Shown here: positions 40,501-49,542 of the stretch, in pieces
How positions within the stretch are numbered: the first letter of the stretch is position 1
How the letters are laid out: the number at the start of each line of letters is the position of its first letter
Virus record (IMG/VR): IMGVR_UViG_2721755676_000001
Length of the DNA stretch: 64,000 bases
Reading direction: 5' to 3' (one strand)
Origin: a virus
Taxonomy: Duplodnaviria; Heunggongvirae; Uroviricota; Caudoviricetes
Position numbers and translations under genes: made by a program
The notes under the pieces: generated by a model
Seen by the model: only the letters and a program-made list of their open reading frames with translations
What the model was told of the DNA's origin: nothing
Databases searched by the model: none

Positions 40501-42250
40501 TGCTGCAAACGCTAAACAACTGGAAGTGTTGCAGTCAACGGTAGAGGAAAGCTCCGCTGCCGTTGAAGAAATGAAAAAGACGGTTGCAGAGGTCGATCGT
40601 GCCAGTGCAGAACTGACTACGAACATTGAGGCGTTAGCCAAAACAAATATTGACCTGGCTCTTCGTCAAGATGAAGACCAGCACAAGCAGATGGTCAATA
40701 ACGCGAAGATCGCAACAACACAGAAAACCTTTGCTGATGATATGTCTGCAATGGCCACGAAGGTTGAGGAAATTCGCGTAGAAATTGGCGAAGACATTAA
40801 GGCCAGTATTCTGGAAGAGTCCACCGCTCGTGCCGATGGCGATGAAGCGTTGGCAAAGCGTGTCACTCAGCTGCAATCTAAGTTTGAAGGAGATATCAGC
40901 GCGGCGATTAGTACAGAGCAGGAGGCTCGTACATCTGCCGATGAAGCTCTGACGACACAAATCACTCAGCTTGAGTCGAAAGTAAGCAACGATATCGTCG
41001 CAGCTATTAAGGAAGAGCAAGAAGCCCGAGCAACGGAAGATTCGGCTCTGGCAAGCCAGATCACCCAACTTCAGGCAAAGGTTGATGATGATATTTCTGC
41101 TGCAATACGTAGTGAGCAGGAGGCCCGAGCAAGCGGGGACTCTGCGTTAGCCAAACAAATAAACCAGCTTCAGTCAAAGGTTGACGGTGATATATCCGCT
41201 GCCATCACTCAGGAGCAGGAGGCCAGAGCAAGTGCTGACCAGGCGCTCTCACGAGAAATTAACAGCCTGCGAGCACAAACCGGAACTGATATTGCCGCAG
41301 CGGTTGCTGTAGAGACAAAAGCAAGGACTGATGCCGATAGTGCATTGTCTACCCAGATTACGTCTCTTACAGCAAAAGCTAATGATCTCAAGGCGTCTCT
41401 TGCCAGAGAAACAACGGCTCGTGCAGATGGTGATACCGCTTTAACAAAAGAGGTTTCAAGTTTAAAAGCACAGACAGCGAAAGATATTAGTGCGGCCGTT
41501 GCAGTTGAAACGCAGGCTCGAACTGATGCTGACTCGGCGTTGTCGTCTCAGATCACCAAGCTGACCTCTCAATACAAAGAGGATATTAAAGCGGCTGTAG
41601 CAACCGAAACGAAAACACGTACAGAGCAAGATGCTGCATTGGCGACTCAAATCACAAACTTAGAGTCTCAAACGGCAGCCAACATTTCCGCGGCGGTCAC
41701 AACTGAAACGACAGCGAGAACGCAGGCAGATAATGCTCTGAGTGGGCGAATCGATACTCTGAAAGCAGAGGTGAATGGAAATACCGCGACAATTCAACAG
41801 CAGGCAACAGCTATTGCTGATACCAACAAAAAAGTGTCAACCGCGTGGACGTTGAAAATGGAGACTTCAACGAGCGGAGGGCAGAAGTATGTTGCCGGTA
41901 TTGCGCTTGGTATTGACACCACTGGGCTATCTCAGTTTTTGGTTCAGGCGGACAGGTTTGGTTTGGTCAACTCTGTTAACGGGAAGATCACAACGCCATT
42001 TGTTATCGAAAACAGTATCGCCTATATGAATGGAGCGTATATCAAGGATGGCACAATCACCAATGCAAAAGTAGGCGATCTGCAATCTACCAATTTTGTT
42101 AGCGGTAGATCTGGATGGCGATTCGGCAAAAATGGAACGCTTGAGATCAACGGTAATAGCGGCGGCAATGGGCGATTGGTTATAAATGGTCAGCGGATTG
42201 ACGTTTATGACGATAACAACGTCTTACGAGTAAGAATTGGCCGTCTGTGA
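37520..42250 (+). CDS. central tail fibre / host specificity protein J-like with coiled-coil repeat insertion
   Basis: 1576 aa following M-L-K-I; about 570 aa of heptad-like repeats (DISAAI..EQEARA.ADEAL..QITQL) before the C-terminal domain. Confidence 0.85.
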   Translation: MDMEQFKKKKLPLLIAGAGGKKSKSSSRTPVEADDTVNSRAMAAILDLLGEGVIGGLVNGAKSIFIDDLPILNEDGSSNFSGITWDFRDGSQDQTPMAGFDFVETPKSVNIQLKKTHDVTVSIDNDEADRVRVIMKFPSLRSVDKSSGDTNGTTVKYKFQIANADATFSDVVAEGEKSVDITLTAKKTGVYYRSYELKLPKPGRAYKVRVIRLTDDNSSQYLYNDTWVDSIGEIVDTPMNYPNSALVGLKVNSEQFGSTMPSRSYLVRGIKIRVPSNYNEYTNTYVGVWDGTFKLLSSSNPAWILYDLLTNTRYGLGQFVSESMIDLGQLYQIGRYCDEEVDDGFGGKEKRFAINTQITSRQDAYRLIQDIAGAFRGMVFWAGGMVNIMQDSPSDPVMMFTNSNVKDGLFTYKGSARKDRPSVALVTYNNKEDGYKQNIEYVEDQDAMRRYGERKTEVVAFGCTSRGQAHRVGLWLLYTARMESDVITFTAGLDASFLMPGETVLIQNKYRAGKRNSGRIVEFTKNSITLDAPVSLAKSGSFIRILNQEGKIVERDVLETGENITKVTFSKALSSAETPVLNGVWTITEPDLEPMRVRIVNIAQGETPGSFDITAVENNPSKYEAIDNGATLIPQNTTVLDPTYSKPSNLQITEGTYLSSPGNLSVKLTATWEGKSPEYWISWRRSDENNVSNWQSARVTEEQYEIVNVAENGRYDFQLYAVSFNGKKTEIISTVYQVLGTMTPPDAPTSLTAVGDYRNVILNWVNPDSVDLDHINVYASQTNNLDTAKLIAESASTTFTHAGLGDSETWYYWVRASNKRGMLSPPNSNLGTEATTRDVLSFLAGKITSSELGQALLEDINSKASQEAVDELNEHINQSVESLEGAVNDVKEDIAELDKQFSDNLADFEIKFNERSDALENAQTELKGEVSATIDKVNEAFEKIDATDAAIVEIENTVSEHDKALANTVEAIKAARDEAAALIAKESEARVEGDAANAKQLEVLQSTVEESSAAVEEMKKTVAEVDRASAELTTNIEALAKTNIDLALRQDEDQHKQMVNNAKIATTQKTFADDMSAMATKVEEIRVEIGEDIKASILEESTARADGDEALAKRVTQLQSKFEGDISAAISTEQEARTSADEALTTQITQLESKVSNDIVAAIKEEQEARATEDSALASQITQLQAKVDDDISAAIRSEQEARASGDSALAKQINQLQSKVDGDISAAITQEQEARASADQALSREINSLRAQTGTDIAAAVAVETKARTDADSALSTQITSLTAKANDLKASLARETTARADGDTALTKEVSSLKAQTAKDISAAVAVETQARTDADSALSSQITKLTSQYKEDIKAAVATETKTRTEQDAALATQITNLESQTAANISAAVTTETTARTQADNALSGRIDTLKAEVNGNTATIQQQATAIADTNKKVSTAWTLKMETSTSGGQKYVAGIALGIDTTGLSQFLVQADRFGLVNSVNGKITTPFVIENSIAYMNGAYIKDGTITNAKVGDLQSTNFVSGRSGWRFGKNGTLEINGNSGGNGRLVINGQRIDVYDDNNVLRVRIGRL

Positions 42251-42343
42251 TGGTGGAAAAAAAATTTTATATCGGTAAAAATAGGTAAGTATCTACTTAA
42301 TAGCGGGCAAGGATAGCCCGCCAAATCAAGGAGCATATTCAAC

Positions 42344-45300
42344 ATGTGGTACAGGGAAGGTACTATCACATTTACACAGGGCAGCAATACTCTGGTTGGG
42401 GCAGGGACAGCCTGGAACGTAACAGCTAATGGTGTGTTGCCGGGGATGATCGTCATTGGCCCCGACAATAAGCTGTATGAGATCAAGCGCGTAACCAGTG
42501 ATACGAACATTGTTCTCTCAGAACCTTATACCGGCGAAACTCAGTCTGAAGTTCCGTGCCGAATCATTACGACCTATGAAGGCGACTTAACACAGTTTAG
42601 CGCGCGCTTTACTGCGCTAATGTCGCGTATGTCGGCTGATTCCAAGTCCATACGCAGTTGGTTGACTGCGCTGGATGAGGTGACAATCGAGCGTGAAGAC
42701 GGTACAGAAGTGACCGTTAAGCCGCTAATGCAGATCGCCAACGAGCACAACGAAAACGTTGAGTGGTATAAAAATAACACTGACGCGATTGATGCTGCTG
42801 GCGACAAAGCTCGTGAGGCGGCGGCCAGTGCTGCCGCAGCAGCAAAAAGCGCCAATGCCGCTGGAGAAAAAGCCTCTCAAGCGTCTCAAAGTGCATCCGC
42901 TGCGGCATCCTCACAAAGTGCCGCAAGTGCGAGTGCAACTGCTGCGAAAAAATCTGAAACGAATGCTGCAGCGTCACAAAAATCTGCAGCCACTTCTGCA
43001 TCCACCGCGACCACGAAGGCGTCAGAAGCTGCCACCTCAGCCCGGGATGCGGCGGCCTCAAAAGAGGCAGCGAAATCATCAGAAACGAACGCATCCTCAA
43101 GCGCCAGTAGTGCCGCTTCCTCGGCAACGGCGGCAGGAAATTCCGCGAAGGCGGCAAAAACGTCCGAGACGAACGCCAGGTCTTCTGAAACGGCAGCGGG
43201 ACAGAGCGCCTCAGCTGCGGCAGGCTCAAAAACAGCGGCTGCGTCGTCTGCCAGTGCCGCGTCAACAAGTGCCGGGCAGGCCTCAGCCAGTGCCACCGCC
43301 GCCGGAAAATCGGCAGAAAGTGCCGCATCGTCTGCTTCAACAGCCACAACGAAGGCTGGCGAAGCCACTGAACAGGCCAGCGCAGCAGCGAGGTCTGCTT
43401 CCGCAGCGAAGACATCCGAAACGAACGCGAAAGCGTCGGAAACCAGCGCAGAATCCTCAAAAACGGCTGCCGCATCGTCCGCCAGTTCGGCGGCGTCATC
43501 GGCATCATCGGCGTCTGCTTCAAAAGATGAGGCGACCAGACAGGCGTCAGCAGCGAAGGGCAGCGCCACGACGGCATCCACGAAAGCAACAGAGGCGGCA
43601 GGCAGTGCGACGGCAGCATCTCAGAGCAAAACTGCTGCTGAATCCGCTGCGACTCGTGCGGAAGCTGCTGCTGATCGTGCTGAAGAGATTGCCGGTGCAG
43701 TTGCGATGGAAGACGCAAGCCTTACAACTAAAGGTGTTGTGAAACTTAGCAGTGCTGTCGACAGCACCAGTGAATCGCTGGCCGCAACGCCAAAAGCAGT
43801 TAAAGCAGCCAATGACAATGCGAATAGCAGGGTGCCATCTAACCGAAAAGTTAACGGTAAAGCACTGACTGCGGATATCAAATTAACGCCGAAAGATATT
43901 GGTACTTTAAATTCAGTAACGATGTCTTTCTCTGGCGGGGCAGGGTGGTTCAAACTGGCTACGGTTACCATGCCACAAGCGAGTTCCATCGTTTACATCG
44001 CATTGATTGGTGGCGCTGGTTACAACGTCGGCTCCCCACATCAGGCAGGCATTTCAGAACTGGTTCTACGAGCAGGCAATGGAAACCCCAAAGGGATTAC
44101 AGGTGCTTTGTGGAAGCGTACAGCTGTCGGATTAACGAATTTCGCCTGGATCAACACATCCGGCGATACATATGATATTTACGTTGAGATTGGCAATTAT
44201 GCGACTCGTGTAAATATCCATTGGGATTGTACTGCAAATGCGACAGTTTCTATTTATACCTCGCCAACATATTCAGCGAGTAAGCCTTCCAGCGTTACCG
44301 ATGGTGTTGTTTATACGATGTATAGCACACATCAGAAACCGACGCCGTTAGATATTGGAGCACTGCCAACAACCGGAGGAACAGTTTCAGGTCCGTTGTC
44401 TGTTACAGGTGGATTAACTGGTTCATTGAATGGTAATGCAAGTACAGCCACGAAATTGCAGACGGCAAGATCTATCGGTGGAGTTGTTTTCGACGGTTCT
44501 GCAAATATTAACCTTCCAGGTGTAAACACTACGGGTAATCAGAACACCACTGGTAATGCTGCAACTGCTACAAAACTTCAGACTGCAAGAAAAATATCCG
44601 GTGTTCCATTTGATGGTTCTACTGATATCACTTTAACCGCTGCGCATGTTGCCGCTTTCGCAAGAAGGGCAACAGGGTCATATGCGGATGCTGATGGTGG
44701 CGTGCCGTGGAATGCTGAATCTGGTGCTTACAATGTAACTAGAACAGGCGACAGTTATATTCTTGCCAACTTTTATACCGGTGTAGGTAGTTGCCGGACC
44801 CTGCAGATGAAGGCGCATTACAGAAATGGAGGTCTGTTCTACCGTTCCTCAAGAGATGGCTATGGTTTTGAAAGTGGTTGGGAGCAGGTTTACACGACTG
44901 GATTTATGCCTCAGCCGGCTGATATAAACGCGCCAACCGCTGCCGCTGGATGGTTAAATAGTGGTAACGGAACGGCATTTACGACTGCTCAATTTATAAC
45001 TTGGCTAAATAATCAGGGGGCATTTACAAACAAACATTGGATCGCACGGTGCTCATGGGCTTACGCCAACAATAATTATATAGACGACACTGGTTGCGGT
45101 AGGATCGATCTATCTGGTTCCGTGATTGAGGTGTTTAGTAATAAGGCAACAAGCCACTACACTATTCGTGTTACAACGACAACAACATCGGGTCATGGTG
45201 GTGTTAACAATGCGGAATTTATTTATGTGTACAATGGAAGTGATTATGCACCAGGCTGGCGTCGTTCTTATAACACTAGAAACAAACCAACAGCTTCTGA

Positions 45301-46642
45301 TGTAGGAGCATTATCGCTTTCTGGAGGAGCGTTAACTGGCGGATTAACTGCTGCTGGCGAGATTATTTCAAAATCGGCGAATGGTCTGCGCATTGCCTAC
45401 GGAAACTACGGATTCTTTATCCGAAACGATGGTTCAAGCACATACTTCATGTTGACCGATTCGGGTAACAGCCTGGGAACCTATAATAGTTTAAGGCCGC
45501 TTATCATTAACAATGCCAATGGTGCTGTTAGGATCGGTAATGGACTCAATGTTACTGGCGGCATCAATGGTAGTTTGAACGGTAATGCTTCAACAGCTAC
45601 GAAGTTGCAAACAGCGAGAAACATCAATGGTGTTAAGTTTGATGGTTCAGGCGATATCAACATTAATACATTGGTATCTCGTGGCCGAGTTACGGCGTTA
45701 AGCGGCTCTACTCAAGGCACTGCTGGCATTCAAATGTATGAGGCGTACAACAATAGCTACCCGACCACGTATGGCAACGTATTGCACATGAAAGGTGCGA
45801 GTGCTGCTGGTGAGGGCGAGTTGCTTATTGGCTGGAGTGGTACGAGCGGTGCACATGCGCCAGTTTTCATTCGCTCACGAAGAGATAACACAGGTGCAGC
45901 ATGGTCAGCGTGGGCGCAGGTATATACCGCTAAGGATTCAATCCCTGGTGTGAATACAACTGGTAATCAGAACACTACTGGTAATGCCGCAACCGCCACA
46001 AAATTGCAGACAGCAAGGAAAATTGCTGGTGTGGCGTTTGATGGCTCTGCCGATATAACTTTGACTGCGGCTAACCTTAATGCTTACACGAAAACAGAGG
46101 TAGCAAACCTTCTAAGCTCCTATGCAAGCAGATCATCACTGACAGGCTATAGTGGCAACCTGGATATTGTTGCTGAAACACTGGTTGTCAAATCAGGCGG
46201 TAGTGGAGGGTTTGCTATATGGGATATTGGCACAACTACTAGCGGTGCCAATATGTACATTGATCCAAACCCAGGTATCAATACAGTTTGGCGTTCAACG
46301 TCTTCAAGGCGCTATAAAAAGGATATTGAAACATTACAAGATCGATATGCTGATGAACTTTTGTCATTAAGACCTGTTTGGTATCGTTCAATTTGTCGAG
46401 GTGACCGAAAGGATTGGGGGTATTACGGCCTTATTGCTGAAGAGGTTGGTGAGATTGCCCCGCAATATGTCCATTGGCGTGAACCAACAAATAATGATTC
46501 TCCAGAAGATATTTCCTCAAATGGTATGGTCGCTGAAGGAGTGATGTATGAGCGTTTGGTTGTACCACTCATTCATCATATTCAGCAATTGACCAAAAGG
46601 GTTGAGGAGCTTGAAACGAAGTTAAATTCACCTAAAGAATAA
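42344..46642 (+). CDS. side tail fibre protein with C-terminal intramolecular-chaperone (peptidase S74-like) domain
   Basis: Ala/Ser-rich low-complexity region, three GNASTATKLQTAR..GV.FDGS fibre repeats, C-terminal DIVAE...RRYKKDIE...GLIAEEV segment. Confidence 0.8.
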   Translation: MWYREGTITFTQGSNTLVGAGTAWNVTANGVLPGMIVIGPDNKLYEIKRVTSDTNIVLSEPYTGETQSEVPCRIITTYEGDLTQFSARFTALMSRMSADSKSIRSWLTALDEVTIEREDGTEVTVKPLMQIANEHNENVEWYKNNTDAIDAAGDKAREAAASAAAAAKSANAAGEKASQASQSASAAASSQSAASASATAAKKSETNAAASQKSAATSASTATTKASEAATSARDAAASKEAAKSSETNASSSASSAASSATAAGNSAKAAKTSETNARSSETAAGQSASAAAGSKTAAASSASAASTSAGQASASATAAGKSAESAASSASTATTKAGEATEQASAAARSASAAKTSETNAKASETSAESSKTAAASSASSAASSASSASASKDEATRQASAAKGSATTASTKATEAAGSATAASQSKTAAESAATRAEAAADRAEEIAGAVAMEDASLTTKGVVKLSSAVDSTSESLAATPKAVKAANDNANSRVPSNRKVNGKALTADIKLTPKDIGTLNSVTMSFSGGAGWFKLATVTMPQASSIVYIALIGGAGYNVGSPHQAGISELVLRAGNGNPKGITGALWKRTAVGLTNFAWINTSGDTYDIYVEIGNYATRVNIHWDCTANATVSIYTSPTYSASKPSSVTDGVVYTMYSTHQKPTPLDIGALPTTGGTVSGPLSVTGGLTGSLNGNASTATKLQTARSIGGVVFDGSANINLPGVNTTGNQNTTGNAATATKLQTARKISGVPFDGSTDITLTAAHVAAFARRATGSYADADGGVPWNAESGAYNVTRTGDSYILANFYTGVGSCRTLQMKAHYRNGGLFYRSSRDGYGFESGWEQVYTTGFMPQPADINAPTAAAGWLNSGNGTAFTTAQFITWLNNQGAFTNKHWIARCSWAYANNNYIDDTGCGRIDLSGSVIEVFSNKATSHYTIRVTTTTTSGHGGVNNAEFIYVYNGSDYAPGWRRSYNTRNKPTASDVGALSLSGGALTGGLTAAGEIISKSANGLRIAYGNYGFFIRNDGSSTYFMLTDSGNSLGTYNSLRPLIINNANGAVRIGNGLNVTGGINGSLNGNASTATKLQTARNINGVKFDGSGDININTLVSRGRVTALSGSTQGTAGIQMYEAYNNSYPTTYGNVLHMKGASAAGEGELLIGWSGTSGAHAPVFIRSRRDNTGAAWSAWAQVYTAKDSIPGVNTTGNQNTTGNAATATKLQTARKIAGVAFDGSADITLTAANLNAYTKTEVANLLSSYASRSSLTGYSGNLDIVAETLVVKSGGSGGFAIWDIGTTTSGANMYIDPNPGINTVWRSTSSRRYKKDIETLQDRYADELLSLRPVWYRSICRGDRKDWGYYGLIAEEVGEIAPQYVHWREPTNNDSPEDISSNGMVAEGVMYERLVVPLIHHIQQLTKRVEELETKLNSPKE

Positions 46643-46702
46643 ACAACTTCAATCGGGGCTGGAGCTAAACCAGCCCCTGCTTAAAAGTATAAGGATATAT
46701 TT

Positions 46703-46957
46703 ATGAGCTATGGTGCACAGGTTTGGTCGCCATCAAGACAGGAGATGGTCAATGCGTTGGCCCCTGTTTATTACCTCGATTATTTTACTCCCTCTGGTTC
46801 AGGAAGTAGAACATATGAGGTTGAGGCGGGATTGGGAATCGACTATTACATAATGGACGTAACCAATGGAAAGTACACAAGTCTTACGGTTTCTGGAAAT
46901 ACCATTTCGTGGTCTGGAGCTAGTGGTAATTTAAACATATTGGTTTTTCAAAAATAA
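46703..46957 (+). CDS. hypothetical protein (84 aa)
   Basis: Terminator hairpin GGGGCTGG..CCAGCCCC and SD upstream. Confidence 0.4.
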   Translation: MSYGAQVWSPSRQEMVNALAPVYYLDYFTPSGSGSRTYEVEAGLGIDYYIMDVTNGKYTSLTVSGNTISWSGASGNLNILVFQK

Positions 46958-47565
46958 TGTACGGAAGCAAGATATATCGATCTGACGGGAAGGTCTGGAT
47001 GTCTCCTTCTTTGTCTCCTATCGTTTTTCAGAGAAAGCAGGTTGTTTCTTTGTCCGGCGGGACAGAGTTTAACACCAAAATATCTCCAGATCGTTCACCG
47101 ATTATTTTTGTTGCCTATTCGAAAGCTGTTTCATTAATAGCCAACAGAATAGTGCGTAACAACCAGGTGATTTACAGTTTCGGAGGTCGGGGTAGCGACT
47201 CTAGTGCCACGATATACGTATTTTCGAAAGGTATAGCCAAAAAAGAAACTTGGGGCATGAGTTTTTTCAATGCACAAGGGGGGGAAATCTATAATACGGC
47301 AAATATCCCACTTTCATTTACCTTTCTTAATAATACGGAGTGGAACAGCTCTGGAGGGCATGTTTTTGATTACCCTCCAGCGATAATCCCAACATATGCG
47401 AATGTGTTCGCTGTTCCAGTACCGGGCGGAGCCATGACAATGGTTTATGGATATGCGGCGTATGGAAATACTGTTAGCTCGATATTCGTAAACCAACTTA
47501 ATGGCGGCCATAGTTTTAGCGTAAATGGCAGAGTACCGGTAATAAATAGAAATCTGTATAACTGA
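46957..47565 (+). CDS. hypothetical Gly/Ser-rich protein (202 aa)
   Basis: TAATG overlap with the preceding gene. Confidence 0.4.
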   Translation: MYGSKIYRSDGKVWMSPSLSPIVFQRKQVVSLSGGTEFNTKISPDRSPIIFVAYSKAVSLIANRIVRNNQVIYSFGGRGSDSSATIYVFSKGIAKKETWGMSFFNAQGGEIYNTANIPLSFTFLNNTEWNSSGGHVFDYPPAIIPTYANVFAVPVPGGAMTMVYGYAAYGNTVSSIFVNQLNGGHSFSVNGRVPVINRNLYN

Positions 47566-47572
47566 TGAGTAA

Positions 47573-47806
47573 ATGATGAAAAGATTATTTCTAACAATAG
47601 CTGTTGTTCTCTCTCTTACTGGCTGCCAGAAATTGCCGACACCTATATGTTATGGTGAAGCTATCATTGGTGGACAGGAGACAGTCATACCCATATATGC
47701 TGTTAAAAAAGTGAACGACTATACCTTATACAAAGCGGGTAGCATCTATAACTGGCGATGGGTTGGAGTAGGTGCTTTCTCATCAATCGGTTGCAATGCT
47801 GAATGA
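47573..47806 (+). CDS. small lipoprotein (77 aa), candidate superinfection-exclusion factor
   Basis: Signal peptide with lipobox LTGC, directly downstream of the fibre genes. Confidence 0.6.
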   Translation: MMKRLFLTIAVVLSLTGCQKLPTPICYGEAIIGGQETVIPIYAVKKVNDYTLYKAGSIYNWRWVGVGAFSSIGCNAE

Positions 47807-47875
47807 TAGGTAAGTACACACCTACAACAAAAGGGTGAAATGTGATATAAATCCGCCATCCCGATTTGACTTTTC

Positions 47876-48211
47876 ATGGAGGAAAACATGTCGAACGAGA
47901 TGGCGGGCGTTACAACAGAGCAAGTTGAGCGTATTGCCGCGATCGTTGCTCGGGAGGTTGTTGGCAAATTAGGTAAAGAGCTACGTGAAGAAATTGGCCA
48001 GGAGGTCAATGATCAGCTGAAAACCTACTTTGGTGATATGACCCCGGCGCAACATAGTATTCAACACTCCAATCTGGACAAACTCCTTAACCGGTTAGAT
48101 TCCATCTCAAGTGGGTTCTTTGGCGGCATTGTTTCTAAAATAACGTCGTTCATTATTACCGCACTGCTTTTGGGGTTAGCCGCGTATGGCGTAAAAAGTG
48201 GACTGCAATAA
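47876..48211 (+). CDS. membrane protein with C-terminal TM segment (possible holin)
   Basis: One hydrophobic helix (ITSFIITALLLGLAAYGV) at the C-terminus; immediately precedes the lysin gene. Confidence 0.4.
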   Translation: MEENMSNEMAGVTTEQVERIAAIVAREVVGKLGKELREEIGQEVNDQLKTYFGDMTPAQHSIQHSNLDKLLNRLDSISSGFFGGIVSKITSFIITALLLGLAAYGVKSGLQ

Positions 48212-48224
48212 CAGGAGATCAAGG

Positions 48225-48917
48225 ATGAAGACTCCGAGAGGCATTCGTAATAATAACCCCGGTAATCTTGATAAAGGATCACCGTGGCAAGGTCTGGTTG
48301 CGAATCCAGACGAACCGCGCTTTTGCACGTTTAAAGACCCTGTTTGGGGGATTCGTGCGCTGGCGGTGACTCTAATTACCTACCACGATAAACGTCGCGC
48401 AAAAGACGGCTCAAGTATCGATACCATTCGTGAAGTTATTGAACGCTGGGCACCGCCGAATGAAAACAATACTGACGCCTACATTAATGAGGTGTCTAAA
48501 GCCGTTGGTGTAACCGCAGACATGATCATCGATCTGCATGATTACGACATCCTTCGACCTTTGGTTGAGGCAATCATTCGCCACGAGAATGGCCGAGGCC
48601 CGCTAAAAACGCTGAACACCTGGTATGCGGCAGAAGTTATTGAGGAAGGTCTGCGTCGAGCTGGCGTTGTTAAGCCGGTGAAAACCGTGAAGGCTGTTCC
48701 TGTAACTAAAGAAACCGCAGGCGCAACTGTTACAGCAGGTATTGGTCTGGCGCAGCTGGCCGATGTTATGCCGCAGGTTTCCGCTGCTATGGATAAAGCA
48801 CAAGGTCATATCTCTAGCGGGGATACAGTACGCATCATCTTCGGTATTGCCACTATTGTTGTGGCAGGATTCATTGCCTGGTCGCAGGTAAGAAAACACC
48901 AGAAAGGGATGGTCTAA
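48225..48917 (+). CDS. putative endolysin with C-terminal membrane anchor
   Basis: ATG at 48225 with SD CAGGAG; position in lysis cassette; N-terminal GIRNNNPGNL-containing domain, C-terminal TM (IIFGIATIVVAGFIAW). Enzymatic class not determined. Confidence 0.45.
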   Translation: MKTPRGIRNNNPGNLDKGSPWQGLVANPDEPRFCTFKDPVWGIRALAVTLITYHDKRRAKDGSSIDTIREVIERWAPPNENNTDAYINEVSKAVGVTADMIIDLHDYDILRPLVEAIIRHENGRGPLKTLNTWYAAEVIEEGLRRAGVVKPVKTVKAVPVTKETAGATVTAGIGLAQLADVMPQVSAAMDKAQGHISSGDTVRIIFGIATIVVAGFIAWSQVRKHQKGMV

Positions 48918-48918
48918 T

Positions 48919-49170
48919 ATGCTAGGCAGCCTGATGACAAAGCTAAAAGTTGCTTTGATTACGCTGGCTGCCGTTCTTTTCGTTCTGGTCGGCGCTTACA
49001 CGATGGGCGGAAATGCGGCGCGACGAGCAATGGAAGAGAAGGCAAAACAGGAAGACAGGAAACGACTTCAAAGCACAGTGGATGTCAAAAATGAAACGGT
49101 TAATGAAGTGCGGCAAAAAGATGCCTCTGGTGTTCATCGCGAGCTGTTTGATAAATGGGTGCGTGATTAA
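48919..49170 (+). CDS. i-spanin (Rz-like)
   Basis: N-terminal TM helix then charged coiled-coil periplasmic region; follows the lysin. Confidence 0.55.
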   Translation: MLGSLMTKLKVALITLAAVLFVLVGAYTMGGNAARRAMEEKAKQEDRKRLQSTVDVKNETVNEVRQKDASGVHRELFDKWVRD

Positions 49171-49318
49171 GACGCAGGCTCCAGGCGTGCTATTCTGCGA
49201 TGCTGCAAATCCTATCTATGTGAGTAGAGAGGATTTTATGACTGAGGAAACGGAGCGACAGTTGCTTATCCACAATACGATAGGTGAAAGGCTGTGTGAG
49301 TGGGGGCACCTGAACTGA
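49091..49318 (+). CDS. o-spanin (Rz1-like lipoprotein), overlapping +1 frame
   Basis: Start inside the i-spanin gene; signal peptide with lipobox FIASC. Confidence 0.5.
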   Translation: MKRLMKCGKKMPLVFIASCLINGCVIKTQAPGVLFCDAANPIYVSREDFMTEETERQLLIHNTIGERLCEWGHLN

Positions 49319-49542
49319 GTCGATGATTGATGAGTGGTCTCAGTTTACCTTTTATCCTAAAGATGGCATCTTCACTCATATACACGCCTGTTCACTCAAG
49401 CTCATGTTGAATCATTTAGTAATTTGATGTAGATTTATTAGGCATCCACGTAAGTGGGCACATACAGGCTACGCATCCTCGTAGCCTTCAACCCCGAGAG
49501 GGGTGCCGCAATGACACTTGTGTTAACGGCTAAGGTGGATAT

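Noticed and set aside
40114-41068. Minus-strand ORFs inside the J coiled-coil repeat region
   Set aside because: Generated by repetitive Ala/Ser-rich coding sequence; Ser/Ala low-complexity translations.
42574-43989. Three to four overlapping ORFs of 230-330 aa on both strands within the side tail fibre gene
   Set aside because: They arise from the Ala/Ser-rich GC-biased low-complexity region of the fibre gene; products are Pro/Arg/Gln- or Ala/Asp-rich artefacts.
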